Origin: Paraspadella gotoi
Taxonomy: Eukaryota > Animalia > Chaetognatha
NCBI GenBank assembly: GCA_051294375.1
Contig: JBJCIZ010000507.1
Span: forward strand, 1-14,360
Direction: 5' to 3'
Length of the DNA stretch: 14,360 nucleotides
Position numbers and translations under genes: made by a program. The first letter of the stretch is position 1, and the number at the start of each line of letters is the position of its first letter. This document shows positions 10,183 through 14,360 of this stretch, piece after piece. Under the pieces are notes generated by a model. It did no database searches and had not been told where the DNA came from. It saw only the letters and a program-made list of their open reading frames with translations.

Positions 10183-10231
10183 CCGGGGCGTCGACGTTAG
10201 AGTTGGCGATGATGTTTTTGAAGAGACCCAG
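10183..10231 (-). CDS. Gene 2 exon fragment, 5' boundary unresolved
   Basis: Donor CGG|gtgagg at 10182, phase 1 matches the next exon. Reads LGLFKNIIANSNVDAP. In-frame TAA at 10238-10240 and no nearby AG acceptor upstream. Confidence 0.6.
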
Positions 10232-10564
10232 TATTAATTAGATATGGTGTAATGACAGAGAACCGATTCAATATTATAAGCAGTCCGCTGAGCTTCGAAC
10301 AGCGGCTTGTCGACACCGATGTTACAGGCGGGAATTAAGGCGCTCCAGTCGCCTAACTTAACTGCGTGAGGCGGCCACCGGCTGCTGAGAACCCCGGACA
10401 CTTTTGCGGTTGGAGGCGAGGATGACTTGGCCTCGGGGCGACCAATGGCGCTCCATCTACCAATGTCATAGACCGTTACTCAGAAAAGTATACCAGTAGA
10501 AAACTCTGCTAAAGTACGTTGCTAGTATATCTCGTCGGGGACAAAAATGTCCGATTAGTCTGAC

Positions 10565-12080
10565 TAGGGTTTCCCGTTAACCCGTTAATTTTTATAGGAA
10601 CTTCGCATTAACCGTATAAAACAACGTTTTTTAACGGGTTAACCGTTAAAATCGGTTAATTTTTATAATTTAACTTTGAAATTAAAATTTAATATTTAAA
10701 ATTAATTAAGAGTATTTAATTGGTATTTATCTCCTTCAACTCCCGGCTCCTGAGATCGGTCTTTAATCTTTGATCTATTTCAGATGGAGTTGAGCGGTAC
10801 ACAATATAGTTGAATAAATAGAGAAAATTGCGCTACTTGAGGAAAAATTATCTTTGGGATACTACCCATTCAAGCTAACTTCAAAAAAAAAGCATTATAA
10901 TAAATCTTTGCTTTGTGACTCGATGAAATACAAAAGCAGCAATGTAATTCTAATTCTGTCTATATTTGTGTTTTCTCTTCTCTCCTTTCCTTTTTGTTGC
11001 TTGCCTTTTTCGTTTATTCTATTTCTCTTCCTCATTATTTTGATAGTTGTTAGTTGTCTTGGAAAAGCATGGTTTTCTGTTGTTTAGTCTTTCATTAAAC
11101 CGTGCATGACCAATTGAAAACGCATAAATATAACATAGTAATTATGAGTATATGTTAGTGGGTATAGACGTTTCTTTCGTTGACGCTTTATAGATAAGTG
11201 AAAAAAGCAAAGGCTTTATTCTGTTACCAAACAATGCCCGGTTATTTAATAAAAAAAACGCGACATGTTTTTTTACTCTAACATGGCCGCGCGTGGTATG
11301 GAGACTCGGAAAAACGTAAAGTCGAAACACATGTCCGTTTTTTGAATAAAGAAACTCGTTATTTGTAAACAAATCAAACTTTGTTTTTCTCTGTAAATTC
11401 ATTGTAGATAGTCAAGTCATTAAATTGAATTAGGTTGAAATGAAATCGATTTAATCAAAAATAAAATTCAGAAAGAATTATGTTACTTGTTTTATAGCAA
11501 GAAATAGAATATTATTGGCATGTAAAGAATTTATGATTTGCCAAGAAACAATACCTATGCAGATGCATATTATAGTTTAAGGATATTCTTTTGAATTGGT
11601 AAATCGCTATAAAAGTTACCGCGCTGAAAGGAAAAAACCGTAAAAATCAGACTACTAGAGCTAGAAACGTAAGATAAAAAAAATAACATGCGAAGGCAGG
11701 AAAAAATGCATAAGAGACAATTAGGATAAGAAAACAAGTTATAAATGCAGGTTGAAAATAACAAAAGAAAAAAACAGGGGAAAATGTATGAAGGAGAACA
11801 GGGGCCGAAAAATATAGTGGGAAGAGCGATAGAGATAGAGCCAATCCGAACGAGGCACCACGTGCAAAAAAAATCCACTTTTTACTCTTTAACAAACATC
11901 ACAAGCTTTCCATAACACAAAAAATAATAAAATATCATACTTGAACAATTAACGACACAGCCCGAATTAACCCGTCTAAAATAAACTATAATAATACGCG
12001 TTAACTGTTAAAAAATGTATTTTTAAACCGTTATCACTACACGGTTAACTGTTTAAACAGCGTTATCGAGAAACTCTCTA
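10565..12080. mobile_element. Non-autonomous/degenerate TIR DNA transposon, hAT-like
   Basis: Left end TAGGGTTTCCCGTTAAC; reverse complement of right end TAG(AG)AGTTTCTCGATAAC (14/17 matches if one AG is removed). Both subterminal ~100-130 bp regions carry clustered TTAACCG/CGGTTAA motifs in mirrored order. Interior is AT-rich with no transposase ORF. An 8 bp TSD is not confirmed (agtctgac vs agtaggtg). Confidence 0.65.
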
Positions 12081-12169
12081 AGTAGGTGAGCACGTCACGG
12101 CATGTATCGTTATCGTTTAATTAAGAAATGATGCACAGGATATTAACCGACTCTACCCGACTCCTTCAG

Positions 12170-12320
12170 TCGCTCCCGCAGCCTGCCTTCCTTGGTTGAA
12201 GAGTGTCCCTGTGGACGCATGGTGAGTGGCCTCCGATTTCATCATACGCTGCGACGGGACGCCGACTCGCTGTTGGACGCGCGAAGGCATGAGGAAGACT
12301 TGCGATGTCGCTGGGACAGG
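12170..12320 (+). CDS. Gene 3 exon, unknown protein; reading frame uncertain
   Basis: Acceptor ctccttcag|12170, donor AGG|gtaagg (alternative internal donor gtgagt at 12222). GC-rich. The frame that joins the next exon has TGA at 12197 and 12290. Confidence 0.4.
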
Positions 12321-12519
12321 GTAAGGAACAGAGTATGAGGGACAGCAGTGAAGAATAGCAAATTAGAAATATGGTGAAGAAATAGCTGGATTTTGGTCTG
12401 TTCGACTTGGGTTAAGGGATATAGGCTTTGGCTTTGTAGGTAAGACGTCAAAGCTCGATGAACTTGTCTTACTTTGACTGATTTGCATTTGTCCTCTTGA
12501 GATATCAGTTGTCTTGCAG

Positions 12520-12601
12520 GTCGGAGTCGCGAAAGGACAAGGCACAAGAGCACGAAGACAGAGAAAGTCAGGAGCAACATAGGCCATTATCTACCAGACA
12601 G
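12520..12601 (+). CDS. Gene 3 exon
   Basis: Acceptor gtcttgcag|12520, donor CAG|gttttg. 82 nt (phase 1 to 2), RSRERTRHKSTKTEKVRSNIGHYLPD. Confidence 0.5.
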
Positions 12602-12757
12602 GTTTTGCGTGAAGAAGCAAAGAAATATGCTTTTGTTTCTTTGTCGCCTACATGATAATTGTAACAATGACTCCGATTCAAATGATATGTCATCTTTAAT
12701 CTATTAATCAGTTCATTTAACACTCATGTATCATATTCACAATCCATTTCTTTTCAG

Positions 12758-12861
12758 CCGAGTCGCAGAGGACGGGATTCATGCAGCCCAACGTCCGCTG
12801 ATTGTTCATCTTGGGAACGATCGCGCCTACCATTATCAACAAGAGTATCTTCGACCGCTAG
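12758..12861 (+). CDS. Gene 3 exon
   Basis: Strong acceptor tttcttttcag|12758, donor TAG|gtttag. 104 nt (phase 2 to 1), RVAEDGIHAAQRPLIVHLGNDRAYHYQQEYLRPL. Confidence 0.6.
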
Positions 12862-13045
12862 GTTTAGAAATATTATTCTCTATTGTTTCCGTTATGTTTA
12901 ATCATAGGCTATATATTTTGTTAGCAGTTTGATTACTCTACTTTATTAAAAGTTTCACTATAACACGACTCAAAGTAGGTAGTTCATGATTGCCTGTCGC
13001 TTTTTTCAATCTTTTCATCACCTACCCCCAACCCCCGCTAGCTAG

Positions 13046-13188
13046 ATTTGGACGGGTTCCTCAAAATCACCGGCGCCTCGGAGATTCTTTGCGTCATTTA
13101 TCACCTGCCGCCCGTCATGCTACCGTGAGGCTCGCGCGACCCACACCGGCGTCACTCGGGATGCAAGAAGGCGGAAACAGACTGGAGG
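13046..13188 (+). CDS. Gene 3 exon
   Basis: Acceptor ...cccgctagctag|13046, donor AGG|gtatgt. Reads (D)LDGFLKITGASEILCVIYHLPPVMLP*GSRDPHRRHSGCKKAETDWR, with TGA at 13126-13128. Confidence 0.55.
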
Positions 13189-13417
13189 GTATGTCCGGAT
13201 TGAGTTTTGGATGGGATGGATTGAAGAATAAGATGGAGACTGATGGCGTATCGAATGGAGCGAAATTGGATGCAATGGAAAAAATGGAATGATTTTGTAA
13301 CAGTATACAACAGTGTAACAAAAGATGTTGGTCAGTAAGATGTCTAGGCTTCGGCGTTGACTACAAATGATGTAAATAGTTTAATATTTAATACTCTGTG
13401 TCTTTCGTCCACCCAAG

Positions 13418-13530
13418 ACGACCCCGGACGAACCGGCGGGACTTCACGGTTCTACTCCCTCGGGCAGTCCACATGTTCCATTCACAACGCTGTGTGAAGT
13501 CTACAATCAAGGCGGTGCGATACAAGACAG
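13418..13530 (+). CDS. Gene 3 exon
   Basis: Acceptor tctttcgtccacccaag|13418, donor CAG|gtggga. 113 nt, open in phase 0: TTPDEPAGLHGSTPSGSPHVPFTTLCEVYNQGGAIQD. Confidence 0.5.
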
Positions 13531-13779
13531 GTGGGAGTGCCTCTAGGGACATATTTGGTTAGCATAATTTTAAAAAAGTTACTGACATGAACAAACGACT
13601 CGGTAAGTCCAAAATTCCAGAAATTGCCGTCGATTCTTTTAGTTTAGAAATCCTTATTTTAGAAATCATGGAAGTCGGCGCTTAGCACGTCCCTTAGATT
13701 GATGAGTGTTTGATTCCTGTCTTGAACACAATGAACCAGCCACTATAGCAAATCTATATGCATTTCTTAACTAGTACAG

Positions 13780-13804
13780 TGCGGGGACAGACCGAACGGA
13801 CTAG
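13780..13804 (+). CDS. Gene 3 probable terminal exon (coding part may extend to ~13854)
   Basis: Acceptor tttcttaactagtacag|13780. Phase-2 reading SAGTDRTD-TAG; the GC-rich island continues to ~13854, then AT-rich UTR-like sequence. Confidence 0.35.
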
Positions 13805-14234
13805 ATCATGAGCACCGACTCCCCGACCGGACCGGTTCGAGCAACTACCTATAGAGTTTGCAGGACTCCAACTACATAATCAACTAAAAGTCCAGCAAGA
13901 AAGAAAATTTTGTGATCGGCGTATTATACTTGGTACATTTTGGTAATCTTCAACGTCGGCATCCGCTTTTTATACAATTCGCAAAAATGTAATGCAGATA
14001 TGTTTTTTTTTTGTTTTTTTACTTTTTTAAAAACGTTAGATGCTTACAGATGCTTAGTAATAAGCATAGCTTTATACATACTACACTACAATACAATACA
14101 TTAACTACCAACAGCGGGTCGACCGCGATCCCTCAAAAAAAATATATAAGTTGATAAAGAAATTTAACGAAGTTAGAAATTATCACACATCTACCCATCC
14201 ACAGAAAATATATAAAACTGCTCGCGCCTCACTT

Positions 14235-14360
14235 TTAATTAAGACGTCCCGGCCGCAGACGAGACGCCGACGATCCACGTGCAGCTTCGTAACACAACGA
14301 GAAACTACATTCGAACACCCCAGGTCGGCACCTTGCCCATCCTCCTCCAACGAGAACAAG
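14235..14360 (-). CDS. Possible 3' end of a mitochondrial carrier (SLC25 family) gene, frameshifted
   Basis: GC-rich island at the window edge. Adjacent frames give LFS.., RMGKVPTWGV and FSLCYEAARG, resembling the carrier helix-6 pattern GLFxGxxxRxxKVxPxxxIxxxxYE. TAA at 14235-14237 in the YE frame. Confidence 0.35.
   Translation of the reverse strand, partial: LVLVGGGWARCRPGVFECSFSLCYEAARGSSASRLRPGRLN

Noticed and set aside
10248-10564. LTR retrotransposon start (TGTAA...) after the junction
   Set aside because: No second LTR, primer-binding site or gag/pol coding remnants are visible in the window.
13472-13504. HVPFTTLCEVY resembles the DNA ligase IV N-terminus (HVPFxxLC)
   Set aside because: Short motif located near the 3' end of the gene rather than the N-terminus, with no ligase sequence following.

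Overview
Eukaryotic genomic DNA, probably invertebrate animal: AT-rich, CpG not visibly depleted, spliceosomal GT-AG introns, many (GA)n and poly-A tracts. Most ORFs in the supplied track are low-complexity artefacts. The real coding signal is in short GC-rich islands bounded by splice sites. I reconstruct five elements. (1) The 3' part of a + strand multi-exon gene (496-5191), whose first visible exon resembles the C-terminal coiled coil of ERG/KCNH-type K+ channels. (2) The last three exons of a convergent - strand gene (9582-~10231) with fully consistent splice phases. (3) A ~1.5 kb non-autonomous hAT-like DNA element with imperfect terminal inverted repeats (10565-12080). (4) A six-exon + strand gene of unknown product (12170-13804). 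(5) Possibly the 3' end of an SLC25 mitochondrial carrier gene on the - strand at the right edge. Several exons carry in-frame TGA codons or apparent frame switches, most simply explained by indel-rich long-read or unpolished sequence. Sequence character changes near 10.2 kb, where microsatellites disappear. I see no prokaryotic features and no convincing novel multi-gene system; the findings are candidates for follow-up.
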